Assembly: GCA_020249505.1 (NCBI GenBank)
Contig: JADCFN010000056.1
Coordinates: 16,346 to 80,345 of the forward strand
Origin: Roseomonas sp.
GTDB taxonomy: Bacteria; Pseudomonadota; Alphaproteobacteria; Acetobacterales; Acetobacteraceae
DNA: 64,000 nt
Reading direction: 5' to 3'
The position numbers and the translations under genes were made by a program. The notes beneath the pieces are model-generated. The model was given only the letters and a program-made list of their open reading frames with translations. It searched no databases and had not been told where the DNA came from. Position 1 is the first letter of the stretch. The number at the start of each line of letters is the position of its first letter. This document shows positions 18,861 through 29,450 of the stretch, piece after piece.

Positions 18861-20683
18861 TGTGCGGCATCGTCGGTGTGGTTGGTCAGCAAGCGGCGGC
18901 GCCCAGGATTTTGGAAGCGCTGCGGCGGTTGGAATATCGCGGCTATGACAGCGCAGGCATCGCGACGCTGATTGATGGCCAGATTGATCGCCGGCGGGCC
19001 GAGGGCAAACTTGGTAATCTCGCGTCTGTTTTGGAAGCGGCACCACTGCCAGGCACCACGGGCATTGGCCATACGCGCTGGGCAACACATGGCGCGCCCA
19101 CCACCCGCAATGCGCATCCGCATGGCACGGCACGCGTTGTTGTTGTGCATAACGGCATTATCGAAAACCACGCTGAGTTGCGCGCTGAATTGGAAGCGCG
19201 CGGCCATGCCTTCCAGACCGAAACCGATACCGAAACCTTCGCGCTATTGGTGGATGATTTTCTGCAAGCGGGTCATGCGCCGGAAGCCGCCGCCGCTGCC
19301 GCGCTGAAGCGCGTGCATGGTGCCTTTGCGCTGGCGATGATTTTCGCGGGCCATCCGGATTTGCTGATTTGCGCCCGCCAAGGCGCACCACTCGCCGTGG
19401 GCTTTGGTGAGGGGGAGATGTTTGTCGGTTCCGATGCGCTGGCCTTGGCGCCTCTCACGCGGCGCATTGCCTATCTCGAAGAAGGCGATTGGGCGGTTTT
19501 GGATCGCACCGGCGCGCGCTTTCATGACGCCACTGGCGCGGAAGTGGTGCGCCAGATCAAGCTCACCGCCGTTTCGGGCGCCACCACCGGCAAAGGTAAT
19601 TACCGCCATTTCATGGAAAAGGAATTGCATGAACATCCGGTGGTGTTGGGCGATACGCTAACGCAATATCTGAATCCGGCACAGCGACGCGTTGCCTTGC
19701 CGGCATTGCCTTTTGATCCCGTGACCGTGCCGCGCCTCACCATGACGGCCTGTGGCAGCGCCTATCTTGCCGGGCTGGTCGGGCGCTATTGGATTGAGGA
19801 ATTGGCGCGCCTGCCCGTTGATGCCGATGTGGCAAGCGAATTGCGCTACCGCGATCCGCCCTTGCCTGAGGGCGGCGGCGCGCTGCTGATCAGCCAAAGC
19901 GGTGAAACGGCTGATACCATGGCCGCGCTGCGCCTGTTGAAGGAACGCGGCCAGCGCGTGCTTTCTATTGTGAATGTGCCAGAAAGCACCATGGCGCGGG
20001 AAAGCGATGCAGCGGTGCTTACCGTGGCGGGGCCGGAGATTGGTGTCGCCTCCACCAAGGCTTTCACCGCGCAGCTTGCGGTATTGGCTTGCCTTGCCAT
20101 TGGGCTTGGCCGTGCGCGCGGGACGATTAGCGCTGCACAGGAAGCGGAACTCACCGCGGCGCTACTGGAAGTGCCTTCCAATGCCGCAGCCGTTCTGGAA
20201 CGTGATGGCGAAATCCGCGCCATGGCTGCGGAAGTTGCCAAGGCGCGCGATGTGCTTTTCCTTGGCCGCGGTTCACTTTTCCCCATCGCGCTGGAAGGTG
20301 CGCTGAAGCTCAAGGAGATTTCCTATATCCACGCGGAAGGCTACGCGGCGGGTGAGATGAAGCATGGCCCGATTGCACTGATTGATCCTGCGGTGCCGGT
20401 GATCGCGCTCTGCCCTTCAGGCCCGCTTTTCGAGAAAACCGCGTCAAATCTGCAGGAATCCGCCGCGCGTGGCGGGCGCGTTATGGCCTTCACCGATGAT
20501 CTGGGCGCGGAAAAGCTGCGCGGCTTTGCCGAGCGCATTGTGGTGTTGCCGCGCGTGCCGGCCTTTGCCGCGCCCATTCTGCACACGATACCGGTGCAGT
20601 TCCTCGCTTATCATGTTGCCGTGCTGAAGGGCACGGATGTGGATCAGCCGCGCAACCTCGCGAAAAGCGTCACGGTGGAATAG
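18860..20683 (+). CDS. glmS: Glutamine--fructose-6-phosphate aminotransferase
   Basis: MCGIVG N-terminal nucleophile, two SIS domains, C-terminal ...NLAKSVTVE. Confidence 0.97.
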   Translation: MCGIVGVVGQQAAAPRILEALRRLEYRGYDSAGIATLIDGQIDRRRAEGKLGNLASVLEAAPLPGTTGIGHTRWATHGAPTTRNAHPHGTARVVVVHNGIIENHAELRAELEARGHAFQTETDTETFALLVDDFLQAGHAPEAAAAAALKRVHGAFALAMIFAGHPDLLICARQGAPLAVGFGEGEMFVGSDALALAPLTRRIAYLEEGDWAVLDRTGARFHDATGAEVVRQIKLTAVSGATTGKGNYRHFMEKELHEHPVVLGDTLTQYLNPAQRRVALPALPFDPVTVPRLTMTACGSAYLAGLVGRYWIEELARLPVDADVASELRYRDPPLPEGGGALLISQSGETADTMAALRLLKERGQRVLSIVNVPESTMARESDAAVLTVAGPEIGVASTKAFTAQLAVLACLAIGLGRARGTISAAQEAELTAALLEVPSNAAAVLERDGEIRAMAAEVAKARDVLFLGRGSLFPIALEGALKLKEISYIHAEGYAAGEMKHGPIALIDPAVPVIALCPSGPLFEKTASNLQESAARGGRVMAFTDDLGAEKLRGFAERIVVLPRVPAFAAPILHTIPVQFLAYHVAVLKGTDVDQPRNLAKSVTVE

Positions 20684-20690
20684 GGCGCCT

Positions 20691-22142
20691 TCACGAAAGC
20701 TTCTTCTTCAGCACATCATTGACCAGCGCGGGATTGCCCTTGCCCTGCATGGCCTTCATGGTCTGGCCGACAAAGAAGCCAAAGAGCTTGTCCTTGCCGG
20801 AGCGATATTCTGCGACCTTATCGGCATTGGCGGCCAGCACCTGGTCAATCACCGCTTCAATCGCGCCGGTATCCGTCACCTGCTTCAGGCCACGTTCTTC
20901 CACAATGGCGCCCGGCGCGCGGCCAGTTTCCACCATGGCCTCAAAGACTTCCTTGGCGAGCTTCCCGGAAAGCGTGCCATCCGCCATCAAATCAAGCAGC
21001 GCGCCAAGATCAGCGGCACTGACCGGCGGTTCCGCGATGGAGGTTTTGGTGCGGTTGATGGCCGCGAAAAGATCGCCCATCACCCAATTCGCCGCCTGCT
21101 TCGCATCCCGCCCCTTGGCGACGGTTTCATAATAGGCGGCGGTTTCGCGTTCCAGCGTCAGCACATGCGCGTCATAGGGCGTGATGCCGTAATCGCGCAC
21201 ATACCGCGCGCGGCGCTGATCGGGCAGTTCTGGCAGGGCGCCCTTTAGGTTCTCCACCCAGGCCGCGTCAATCACCAAGGGGGGCAGGTCAGGGTCCGGG
21301 AAATAACGATAATCATGCGCATCTTCTTTTGATCGCATGGAACGCGTAATGCCGCGGCCCGTGTCAAACAGCCGTGTTTCCTGATCCACCGTGCCGCCGG
21401 ATTCCCAAACCTCAACCTGGCGGCGCGCTTCGGTTTCCACCGCCTGCATGACAAAGCGTATGGAATTCACATTCTTCACTTCGCAGCGCGTGCGGAAACC
21501 CTCTCCGGCCTTACGAACAGAAACATTCACATCGGCCCGCATGGAGCCTTCATCCATATTACCGTCGCAAGTGCCCAGATAGCGCATGATCTGGCGCAGC
21601 TTGGTGAGGTAAGCGCCGGCTTCCTCGGGGCTCCGCATATCGGGTTCCGAGACAATTTCCATCAGCGCGACACCGGAACGGTTCAGGTCAATGAAGGATT
21701 TTGTCGCGTGCTGGTCGTGCTGCGATTTACCGGCATCCTGTTCCAGATGCAGCCGCGTGATGCCGATGGTCTTCGTGCTGCCATCAGCCAATTCAATATC
21801 AATGGCACCTTCGCCAATGATGGGATGCGCGTATTGGCTGATCTGATAGCCCTGCGGCAGATCGGCATAGAAATAATTCTTGCGATCAAAGCGTGACCAG
21901 AGATTGACCTTGGCATTCAAGCCAAGCCCGGTGCGCACGGCTTGCGCCACGCATTCGCGGTTGATCACCGGCAACATGCCGGGAAAGCCCGCATCGATGA
22001 AGGAAACCTGCGCATTGGGTTCCGCACCGAATGCCGTCGCTGCACCGGAAAACAGCTTGGCGTTGGACGTGACCTGGGCATGAACCTCAAGCCCTATCAC
22101 CACTTCCCATGGGCCGCTTTCGCCCTCAATCGTGTAGCTCAT
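20691..22142 (-). CDS. gatB: Asp-tRNA(Asn)/Glu-tRNA(Gln) amidotransferase subunit B
   Basis: [13 protein letters not shown]..., [17 protein letters not shown], and a C-terminal GatB/YqeY domain. Confidence 0.97.
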   Translation of the reverse strand: MSYTIEGESGPWEVVIGLEVHAQVTSNAKLFSGAATAFGAEPNAQVSFIDAGFPGMLPVINRECVAQAVRTGLGLNAKVNLWSRFDRKNYFYADLPQGYQISQYAHPIIGEGAIDIELADGSTKTIGITRLHLEQDAGKSQHDQHATKSFIDLNRSGVALMEIVSEPDMRSPEEAGAYLTKLRQIMRYLGTCDGNMDEGSMRADVNVSVRKAGEGFRTRCEVKNVNSIRFVMQAVETEARRQVEVWESGGTVDQETRLFDTGRGITRSMRSKEDAHDYRYFPDPDLPPLVIDAAWVENLKGALPELPDQRRARYVRDYGITPYDAHVLTLERETAAYYETVAKGRDAKQAANWVMGDLFAAINRTKTSIAEPPVSAADLGALLDLMADGTLSGKLAKEVFEAMVETGRAPGAIVEERGLKQVTDTGAIEAVIDQVLAANADKVAEYRSGKDKLFGFFVGQTMKAMQGKGNPALVNDVLKKKLS

Positions 22143-23626
22143 GCGTCTGCCCTCATTGCTGGCACTGCCTTGAAATCAGCGGCGCGTTCCAAAGCCGCCC
22201 CCACCGCGAAAACCGTTTCCTCATCAAAGGCGCGGCCAATCACCTGCAAGCCGAGCGGCAAGCCCTGGTGATCCAGCCCGGTCGGTAGCGCCAGGCCCGG
22301 CAGGCCCGCCAGATTGGCCGTCACGGTGAAGACATCATTCAAATACATCTTCACCGGGTCATCGGTATTCTCACCCTCGGCAAAGGCTGCGGATGGCGTG
22401 GCGGGTGTGACAATCGCATCCACCTTGGCCCAGGCCGCGTCAAAATCGCCTGCGATCAGGGCACGGATTTTTTGCGCCTTCAGGTAATAGGCATCGTAAT
22501 AACCGGCACTCAACACATAGGTGCCGATCATGATGCGCCGGCGCACTTCCGCGCCAAAACCCTCGGCCCGCGTGCGCTCGTATAGATCGCGCAGATCGCT
22601 ATCCTTCTCCGCCACGCGCAGGCCAAAGCGCACACCATCATAGCGCGCCAGATTGGAAGAAGCCTCAGCGGGGGCAACGATGTAATAGGTCGGCAGCGCG
22701 TATTTGGTGTGCGGTAGGGAGATATCCACAATCTCCGCCCCCGCATCACGCAGCCAATCCAGCCCCTGACGCCAGAGCTTTTCAATCTCGGCCGGCATGC
22801 CATCCAGCCGATATTCGCGCGGCACACCAATCCGCAATCCCTTGACGCTCCGCCCGCAGGCAGCGGCGAAATCCGGCACGGGCTGATTGGCGCTGGTGGA
22901 ATCCTTCGGGTCATGCCCTGCCATGGAGCGCAGCAGAATGGCGCAATCTTCCACCGTGCGCGCAAAGGGGCCCGCCTGATCCAGGGAAGACGCAAAGGCC
23001 ACAATGCCAAAGCGCGAACAGCGCCCATAAGTCGGCTTGATGCCAGTAATGCCGCAAAACGCTGCCGGCTGACGGATAGAACCGCCGGTATCCGTGCCCG
23101 TGGCCCCCAGGGCCATCCGTGCCGCCACCGCCGCCGCAGACCCACCAGAAGACCCACCCGGCACCAGCCGTGCCGCGGGATCATCCTTGCGCTGCCACGG
23201 GTTCAAAACGCCACCATAGGCCGAGGTCAAATTGGATGACCCCATGGCAAATTCGTCCAGATTGGCCTTGCCCAGAAACACCGCGCCATCGCGCTTCAAC
23301 TGCGCGGTGACGGTGCTTTCATAAGGCGGGATGAAATTGCCCAGGATTTTGGACCCCGCCGTGGTGCGCACAGCTTCCGTGCAGAACAAATCCTTGATGG
23401 CGAGCGGAATACCCTCAAGCAGCCCAGCCTCACCACGCTTACGGCGCGCATCGGATGCGCGGGCGGCGTCCAACGCCTGTTCGCTTATGGTGGTGATGAA
23501 GGCATTCAGCTTCGGGTTCAGCGCCTCAACCGCGGCCACATGGGCGCGGGTCAATTCCTCGGCGCTGATAGCGCCCTCATTCAGCGCGGCCAGCGCGCCG
23601 GCGAGGGTAAAATCGGTCGGATGCAT
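22139..23626 (-). CDS. gatA: Asp-tRNA(Asn)/Glu-tRNA(Gln) amidotransferase subunit A
   Basis: Amidase signature [13 protein letters not shown]...[16 protein letters not shown] overlap with gatB. Confidence 0.97.
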   Translation of the reverse strand: MHPTDFTLAGALAALNEGAISAEELTRAHVAAVEALNPKLNAFITTISEQALDAARASDARRKRGEAGLLEGIPLAIKDLFCTEAVRTTAGSKILGNFIPPYESTVTAQLKRDGAVFLGKANLDEFAMGSSNLTSAYGGVLNPWQRKDDPAARLVPGGSSGGSAAAVAARMALGATGTDTGGSIRQPAAFCGITGIKPTYGRCSRFGIVAFASSLDQAGPFARTVEDCAILLRSMAGHDPKDSTSANQPVPDFAAACGRSVKGLRIGVPREYRLDGMPAEIEKLWRQGLDWLRDAGAEIVDISLPHTKYALPTYYIVAPAEASSNLARYDGVRFGLRVAEKDSDLRDLYERTRAEGFGAEVRRRIMIGTYVLSAGYYDAYYLKAQKIRALIAGDFDAAWAKVDAIVTPATPSAAFAEGENTDDPVKMYLNDVFTVTANLAGLPGLALPTGLDHQGLPLGLQVIGRAFDEETVFAVGAALERAADFKAVPAMRADA

Positions 23627-23922
23627 TATTCCACCACCTTCGGCACGCCGAAATATTCGCCTTCACGGTCCGGCGCATTGGCCAGCACGGCTTCCGCCTT
23701 GCCGCCATCGGTCACCACATCATCGCGCATCGGCATGGCCTCCGCGCCGCCCGGCGTGCCGCCGGCCATGGGCGCGACGCCTTCGGTGTTCACGGCCTGG
23801 AGCTGTTCGATCCAGCCCAGAATGCCGTTCAGCTCGCCCTGCACGCGGGCGATATCCTGTTCTTCAAGGCGCAGGCGGGCCAAAGCCGCAACGCGCCGGA
23901 CGGTGGCGGTGTCGAGGGACAT
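23626..23922 (-). CDS. gatC: Asp-tRNA(Asn)/Glu-tRNA(Gln) amidotransferase subunit C
   Basis: 98 aa with the pattern [16 protein letters not shown]...IEQL. Its TAA stop overlaps the gatA ATG. Confidence 0.9.
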   Translation of the reverse strand: MSLDTATVRRVAALARLRLEEQDIARVQGELNGILGWIEQLQAVNTEGVAPMAGGTPGGAEAMPMRDDVVTDGGKAEAVLANAPDREGEYFGVPKVVE

Positions 23923-23969
23923 GAAACCAGTACTTCCCGGAAAAAGAGCGCCGGACCATAAGGCCCCCG

Positions 23970-24434
23970 ATGCCTATCATCAACCTGACCGATTTGCGCG
24001 CCGCCCTGCCCCGCCATTCCCGGCTGATTGGCCTCGATCCGGGGGAAAAGACCGTGGGCGTGGCGCTGAGCGATGTTTCGCTCATGTTGGCGAGCCCTTA
24101 TGGCAGCCTGAAGCGCGGAAAATTGATGGCCATGGCCGCCGAAATAAAGGCGATTGCTGCCAAGGAAGGCGTGGGGGGCCTGGTCGTGGGCCTGCCCCTT
24201 GGCCTGGATGGGTCCTTCGGCCCAGCGGCCCAGGCGGCGCGGGATTGGGCGCGGTCCCTTTCGGATGCGGCTGGTCTGCCTGCAGCGCTTTGGGATGAAA
24301 GGCTTTCCTCGGCGGCGGTAAACCGCATGATGGTGGGGGAAGCCGATCTCAGCCGGGGTAAAAGGGCGGCATCGGTGGACAAGGCGGCGGCGGCCTGGAT
24401 GCTGCAGTCAGCTTTGGACGCAACCAAAGGATGA
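23970..24434 (+). CDS. ruvX: Holliday junction resolvase-like protein RuvX/YqgF
   Basis: LIGLDPGEKTVGVALSD..., GLVVGLPLGLDGS, DERLSS motifs. Confidence 0.9.
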   Translation: MPIINLTDLRAALPRHSRLIGLDPGEKTVGVALSDVSLMLASPYGSLKRGKLMAMAAEIKAIAAKEGVGGLVVGLPLGLDGSFGPAAQAARDWARSLSDAAGLPAALWDERLSSAAVNRMMVGEADLSRGKRAASVDKAAAAWMLQSALDATKG

Positions 24435-24955
24435 GGCGCATGGATCAGATACTGGTGGAAATCGCGCTTGATGGGCGCATCCGCTACGCGATTGGCGCGC
24501 TGGCGGGGCTTGGCTTTGCCATGGTCGGCCTGGCGTTGCTGCCGCAATTCCTGGCCGAATGGCCGGCCATCACGCCCCGGCTTTTCGGCCTTGGCTTCCC
24601 CATTCTGGGGCTTGGGATGTTCCTTTGGCTGTCCTTCATCCCGGCACCCCATGCGCTTTCGATTCGCGCCGATGGCAGCGCGGTTTTCACCCGCAGCATC
24701 ACCACCTGGTGGCGGTTTTTCGATGCTTTCGAAAACCTGCCCCCGGGCGCCATCGCTGGGGTTGCTGTGGAAGCTATTGCTGCCCCAAGCGGCACCACGA
24801 CAAGCGGAGAGTCGGATTTCTCCGCCACATCAAAGGAATGGCGCCTGGTGCTGCGGCTTTCGGATAGCGCGGTGCGGGAAGTGCAGCGCAGCCCTGGCCG
24901 CGCTTCGCTTGATGAAAAAGCCGCGGCGCTGAAGGGGGCGCTCAAGCTGCCTTAG
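24431..24955 (+). CDS. Membrane protein (hypothetical), translationally coupled to ruvX
   Basis: ATGA overlap with ruvX. Two TM helices, then a soluble tail of about 90 aa. No family recognised. Confidence 0.55.
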   Translation: MRRMDQILVEIALDGRIRYAIGALAGLGFAMVGLALLPQFLAEWPAITPRLFGLGFPILGLGMFLWLSFIPAPHALSIRADGSAVFTRSITTWWRFFDAFENLPPGAIAGVAVEAIAAPSGTTTSGESDFSATSKEWRLVLRLSDSAVREVQRSPGRASLDEKAAALKGALKLP

Positions 24956-24999
24956 GCTGCTCTGGCCATCCCCGCCCGGGGGCGGCTAGAAAGGGAGCT

Positions 25000-25935
25000 G
25001 TGACCTACCCCCGCAAACACCTCCTCGCCATTGAGGGTCTTGAGCCGCCGCATATCGCGGATTTGCTGGATCTGGCGGAATCCTATGCCCTGCTCAATCG
25101 CAGTGGCAAAACCCAGCGCGACCTGTTGAAGGGCCGCACGCTGATCAATCTGTTTTTTGAAGACAGCACGCGCACGCGTACGAGTTTTGAGCTCGCGGGA
25201 AAGCGTTTGGGCGCCGATGTCATCAATATGTCGGTCAGTACGTCCAGCGTGAATAAGGGTGAAACCCTGCTGGATACGGCCAGCACCTTGAACGCCATGC
25301 ATTGCGATTTGCTGGTGGTGCGCCATGGGCAATCCGGCGCGCCTTCGCTACTGAGCCAGAAGGTGGATGCGGCGGTGATCAATGCCGGCGATGGCACGCA
25401 TGAACACCCGACTCAGGCGCTGCTGGATGCGCTGACCATCCGCCGCCACAAAGGCCGGCTGGAGGGTTTGATTGTCGCGATTTGCGGCGATATCGCCCAT
25501 TCGCGCGTGGCGCGTTCCAACATGCATCTGTTGACCACCATGGGCAGCCGCGTGCGCGTGGTGGGGCCACCCACGCTGATCCCGGCGGAAGCCGCGCGCT
25601 TGGGCGTGGAAGTGTTCCACGACATGAAGGCCGGGCTTGCCGGCGCTGATGTTGTCATGATGCTGCGCCTGCAACGCGAACGCATGTCTGGCGGCATGGT
25701 GCCTTCCGCGCGGGAGTTCTTTCGCTTCTATGGGCTGGATGCGGAAAAGCTGGCTTATGCCAAGCCGGATTCGATTGTGATGCACCCAGGCCCCATGAAT
25801 CGCGGCGTGGAAATTGATAGCGCCGTCGCTGACCATCCAACCCGCAGCGTAATTGGCGAACAGGTGGAAATGGGTGTCGCTTGCCGTATGGCGGTGCTGG
25901 ATGTGCTGGCGCGTGGGCTCAGGCGCAATGTGTGA
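25000..25935 (+). CDS. pyrB: Aspartate carbamoyltransferase catalytic subunit
   Basis: GTG start. Motifs: [33 protein letters not shown]. Confidence 0.95.
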   Translation: MTYPRKHLLAIEGLEPPHIADLLDLAESYALLNRSGKTQRDLLKGRTLINLFFEDSTRTRTSFELAGKRLGADVINMSVSTSSVNKGETLLDTASTLNAMHCDLLVVRHGQSGAPSLLSQKVDAAVINAGDGTHEHPTQALLDALTIRRHKGRLEGLIVAICGDIAHSRVARSNMHLLTTMGSRVRVVGPPTLIPAEAARLGVEVFHDMKAGLAGADVVMMLRLQRERMSGGMVPSAREFFRFYGLDAEKLAYAKPDSIVMHPGPMNRGVEIDSAVADHPTRSVIGEQVEMGVACRMAVLDVLARGLRRNV

Positions 25936-26374
25936 GCTTCGCCCCGCACACGCCGAGGAAGCGCCCGCACTTCGGCAATTGGTGCGGACGGCTTATGCGC
26001 ATTACGCACAGCGGCTTGATCGTGAACCCGCACCGATGTTGGATGATTACGCGGCGCGCATTGCGCAGCGGCAGGCTTTTGTTGTCGAAGTCGATGGCGC
26101 GCTGCAAGGCGTTGCCGTGCTGGAAGACAGCGAAGAAGGCCTGTATTTGGATGATATCGCGGTGGCGCCAGCAGCGCGGGGCACAGGTCTTGGTCGCAAG
26201 ATGCTGGCCTGGGTTGAAACTGAAGGCCGCCGGCGCGGGCATAAGCGGCTTTGGCTTTATACGAATGAGGTGATGGCGGAGAACATCTCCATGTATCATC
26301 ACCTCGGCTTTGGCGAGACACATCGCGCCGAAGAATCAGGCTATCGCCGCGTGTTTTTTGAGAAGTCACTGTGA
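25928..26374 (+). CDS. GNAT family N-acetyltransferase
   Basis: MCELRPAH..., with the acetyl-CoA motif [17 protein letters not shown]. The ATG overlaps the pyrB stop (ATGTGTGA), and its own stop overlaps the next ATG (TGATG). The longer ORF from 25853 is rejected because it overlaps pyrB. Confidence 0.8.
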   Translation: MCELRPAHAEEAPALRQLVRTAYAHYAQRLDREPAPMLDDYAARIAQRQAFVVEVDGALQGVAVLEDSEEGLYLDDIAVAPAARGTGLGRKMLAWVETEGRRRGHKRLWLYTNEVMAENISMYHHLGFGETHRAEESGYRRVFFEKSL

Positions 26375-27651
26375 TGGCTGACACATTCATCACCCATGCC
26401 CGCTTGCTCGACCCAGCCTCCGGCCTTGATGCGCCGGGTGCTTTGCTGATCCGCGATGGGCTGATCGCCGATTGCGGCGCTGGCCTTACCGGACCCGAAG
26501 GTGCCACCGTGGTGGACGCGGGCGGGGCTTGCCTCGCGCCTGGCTTGATCGATCTCCGCGCCAATCTTGGGGAGCCAGGGGCAGAGCACCGCGAAACCAT
26601 TGCCTCCGCCGCGCAGGCCGCGGCCGCCGGGGGCATCACCACCATTTGCGTGCTGCCGGATACTGATCCGGCGCTTGACGACCCCGCGTTGATTTCCTTC
26701 ATCACGCGGCGCGGTGAGGCTACGGGATCGGTTGCGCTGCTGCCTTATGGTTCGGCGACATCGGGCTGTGCCGGCAAGGAATTGGCCGAATTCGGCTTGC
26801 TCCGCGCCGCCGGCGCCATTGCCTTTACCGATGGGGTCCGCGCCATTGCCTCGGCACGCACCATGCGGCTTGCGCTGTCTTATGCGCGGGCCTTTGGCGC
26901 CTTCATCGTGCAGCACCCGGAAGAACCGAGCCTGGCTTCCGGCGGTGCCGCCACCGAAGGCGAATTGGCCACGCGCCTTGGCCTGCCTGGCATTACGCCG
27001 GCGGCGGAAGCGATGATGGTAGCGCGCGACATCGCACTCGCGCGCATCACGGGCGGGCATGTGCATTTCGCGCATGTCTCAACGGCCGCCGCGCTCGATC
27101 TGATCCGCGCCGCGAAGGCCGAGGGGCTGGCCGTCACTTGCGATACCGCACCGCCCTATTTCGATCTTAATGAGACCGCGATTGGTGATTATCGCAGCTA
27201 CGCCAAGCTCTCTCCGCCACTCCGTACCGAGGCTGATCGGCAGGCGGTGGTGGCGGCGCTGGCGGATGGCACGATTGACGCCATTGCCTCAGACCACCAG
27301 CCGCGCGATGCCGATGACAAGCGCCTGCCCTTCGCCCAGGCGGAAGCGGGTGGTGCGGGGCTGGCGACACTTCTGGGGGTGACGCTAGCGCGGGTACATG
27401 CGGGCGATCTGCCGGTGCTGACCGCGCTTGGGCTGCTGACAGTGCGGCCCGCGACGCTGCTTGATTTGCCGCAGGGCAGGCTGGCCAAGGGTGCGCCGGC
27501 GGATTTGGTGCTGTTCCATCCTGATCGCGGCTGGAAGGTTGAAGCCGGCAAGCTGCCGGGCAAGGCGCAGAACTCGCCCTTTGATGGTCGCGCCCTGGAA
27601 GGCCGGGTGCTGGGCACCTGGAAAGCCGGACGGCGCGTTTTCGGGGGCTGA
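26374..27651 (+). CDS. Dihydroorotase-like protein, PyrC'-type (HxH metal motif not conserved)
   Basis: Class I DHOase/amidohydrolase architecture, about 425 aa, next to pyrB. The canonical (V/I)DLHVH(F/L)REPG reads IDLRANLGEPG here, and the ..PHH.. motif reads ..PPY... DHQP and HVHFAHVST are retained. Confidence 0.85.
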   Translation: MADTFITHARLLDPASGLDAPGALLIRDGLIADCGAGLTGPEGATVVDAGGACLAPGLIDLRANLGEPGAEHRETIASAAQAAAAGGITTICVLPDTDPALDDPALISFITRRGEATGSVALLPYGSATSGCAGKELAEFGLLRAAGAIAFTDGVRAIASARTMRLALSYARAFGAFIVQHPEEPSLASGGAATEGELATRLGLPGITPAAEAMMVARDIALARITGGHVHFAHVSTAAALDLIRAAKAEGLAVTCDTAPPYFDLNETAIGDYRSYAKLSPPLRTEADRQAVVAALADGTIDAIASDHQPRDADDKRLPFAQAEAGGAGLATLLGVTLARVHAGDLPVLTALGLLTVRPATLLDLPQGRLAKGAPADLVLFHPDRGWKVEAGKLPGKAQNSPFDGRALEGRVLGTWKAGRRVFGG

Positions 27652-27654
27652 GCC

Positions 27655-28260
27655 ATGGCTGAACATGCGGATAGCATCATGTTCCTGATTGCGCTGCTGG
27701 GCGGCTACCTGATCGGGTCCATCCCCTTTGGCCTGCTACTGACCAAGGCCGCCGGGCTTGGCGATATCCGCAAGGTCGGTTCCGGCAATATCGGCGCGAC
27801 CAATGTGCTGCGTACCGGCCGCAAGGGCCTGGCGGCGGCAACCCTGATCTTGGATGGGCTGAAAGGGGCGGTGGTGGTGCTGCTCGCGCGCTATTTCCTG
27901 GGTGATCAGGATTTGGTGGTGGGCACGGCGGCGGTGCTCGGGCACCTGTTCCCCGTCTGGCTTGGCTTTCGCGGCGGAAAGGGGGTGGCGACCGGGCTTG
28001 GCGTGCTGCTGGCCGCGGCCTGGCCGGTAGGGCTTGCCTGCTGTGCGGTGTGGCTGCTGGCGGCGAAACTCCTGAAAATGTCATCCGCCGCCGCGCTCAC
28101 GGCCTTTGCCGCCGCACCGCTTTTCGCCCTGGTCCTGTCCAGCACGGATCATGCGCTGATGGCCTTGCTGATCGCCGTGCTGGTGTTTTGGCGGCATGAG
28201 GCGAATATCCGCCGCCTGCTGGCGGGGACCGAACCACGCATCGGCAAAACCGGCAAATAG
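27655..28260 (+). CDS. plsY: Glycerol-3-phosphate acyltransferase PlsY
   Basis: [13 protein letters not shown]...[14 protein letters not shown]...[10 protein letters not shown]. Confidence 0.93.
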   Translation: MAEHADSIMFLIALLGGYLIGSIPFGLLLTKAAGLGDIRKVGSGNIGATNVLRTGRKGLAAATLILDGLKGAVVVLLARYFLGDQDLVVGTAAVLGHLFPVWLGFRGGKGVATGLGVLLAAAWPVGLACCAVWLLAAKLLKMSSAAALTAFAAAPLFALVLSSTDHALMALLIAVLVFWRHEANIRRLLAGTEPRIGKTGK

Positions 28261-28314
28261 AAAAGCGATTTAGTATTTCCCGCATAGGTTGAATTGTGTC
28301 ATAGCATTTCGCCT

Positions 28315-29439
28315 ATGCCTGCCACAACCCCCAGCCCTGCCGAAAGCCTTGCCCTCTGGCGCATCGCCCAGACCGAGGGCATTGGCCCCATGGGCTTTCG
28401 CCGCCTGCTCGCCCGCCATGGCAGCGGCCGCGCAGCGTTGGAGGCTTTGCCGCGTCTTCTCGCCAAGCGCGAAACGCCGGCGCGCATCCCAAGCCCGGAT
28501 GATGCACGGCGGGAAGCCGATGCCATGGCGAAGCTTGGCGCGCGCTTCGTTTTCTGGGGCGGTGCTGACTACCCGCCCTTGCTCGCCTTGTTACCCGATG
28601 CCCCGGCCATGCTTGCGGTACAGGGCGATGCCGCTTTGCTGGCGCAGGTGCCAAGTTTCGCCATTGTGGGCGCGCGCAATGCCTCGGCCGCCGGCCGGCG
28701 CATCGCGGAAGATATTGCGGAGGCACTGACCAAGGCCGGCGTCCTGGTGATTTCTGGCTTAGCGCGCGGGGTGGATGCGTCGGCGCATCAGGGCGCGCTG
28801 CGGGCAGGGCCGACACTCGCCGTGCTGCCGGGCGGGCTTGATGTCGCCTATCCGCCGGAAAACGCTGCCTTGCAAAGCCGGATTGGCCGCGAAGGCGCGC
28901 TGGTGGCCGAACACGCACTCGGCACCGCGCCACTCGCGCGGCATTTCCCCAAGCGCAACCGGATCGTGGCCGGGCTTTCGCTCGGCGTCCTGGTGGTGGA
29001 AGCGGCTGAGCGATCCGGCACGCTGATCACCGCCCGCCTGGCCTTGGAAGCGGGGCGAGAGGTCTTCGCCATCCCTGGCAGCCCGCTTGACCCACGCAGC
29101 CGCGGCGCAAACGACCTGATCCGCCAGGGCGCGCATTTGGTGGAATCAGCCGCTGATGTGCTGGCCCATCTGCCTGAAGCGCCGCGTGACGGCCCGCTTT
29201 TTGCCCTGCCACCGCCCCCTGAAATGCCGATCCCCGAGGATGTGCCGCCTGAGGCCACCCCCGGCGAATATGGTCAACTTATTGATTTGATTGGAATGGC
29301 ACCGATATCTGTTGACGATCTGCTCCGGCGCTGTCACCTCTCCCCCCCCGCGCTCCAGGCGGCGCTTGCTGATCTGGAACTGGAAGGCCGGGTGGATATG
29401 CTGCCCGGCCATCGGGTAGCGCTATCCGGGCGAGGGTGA
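28315..29439 (+). CDS. dprA: DNA-processing protein DprA (Smf)
   Basis: IVGARNASAAG, VISGLARGVDASAH, ALVVEAAERSGTLITAR, and a C-terminal winged-helix-like tail. The start is uncertain (28294 or 28315). Confidence 0.88.
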   Translation: MPATTPSPAESLALWRIAQTEGIGPMGFRRLLARHGSGRAALEALPRLLAKRETPARIPSPDDARREADAMAKLGARFVFWGGADYPPLLALLPDAPAMLAVQGDAALLAQVPSFAIVGARNASAAGRRIAEDIAEALTKAGVLVISGLARGVDASAHQGALRAGPTLAVLPGGLDVAYPPENAALQSRIGREGALVAEHALGTAPLARHFPKRNRIVAGLSLGVLVVEAAERSGTLITARLALEAGREVFAIPGSPLDPRSRGANDLIRQGAHLVESAADVLAHLPEAPRDGPLFALPPPPEMPIPEDVPPEATPGEYGQLIDLIGMAPISVDDLLRRCHLSPPALQAALADLELEGRVDMLPGHRVALSGRG

Positions 29440-29450
29440 ATCGGGAAGGC

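Noticed and set aside
18700-18900. glmS ribozyme / riboswitch upstream of glmS
   Set aside because: The glmS start overlaps the glmU stop (TGATG), so there is no leader. The ribozyme is also not expected in this lineage.
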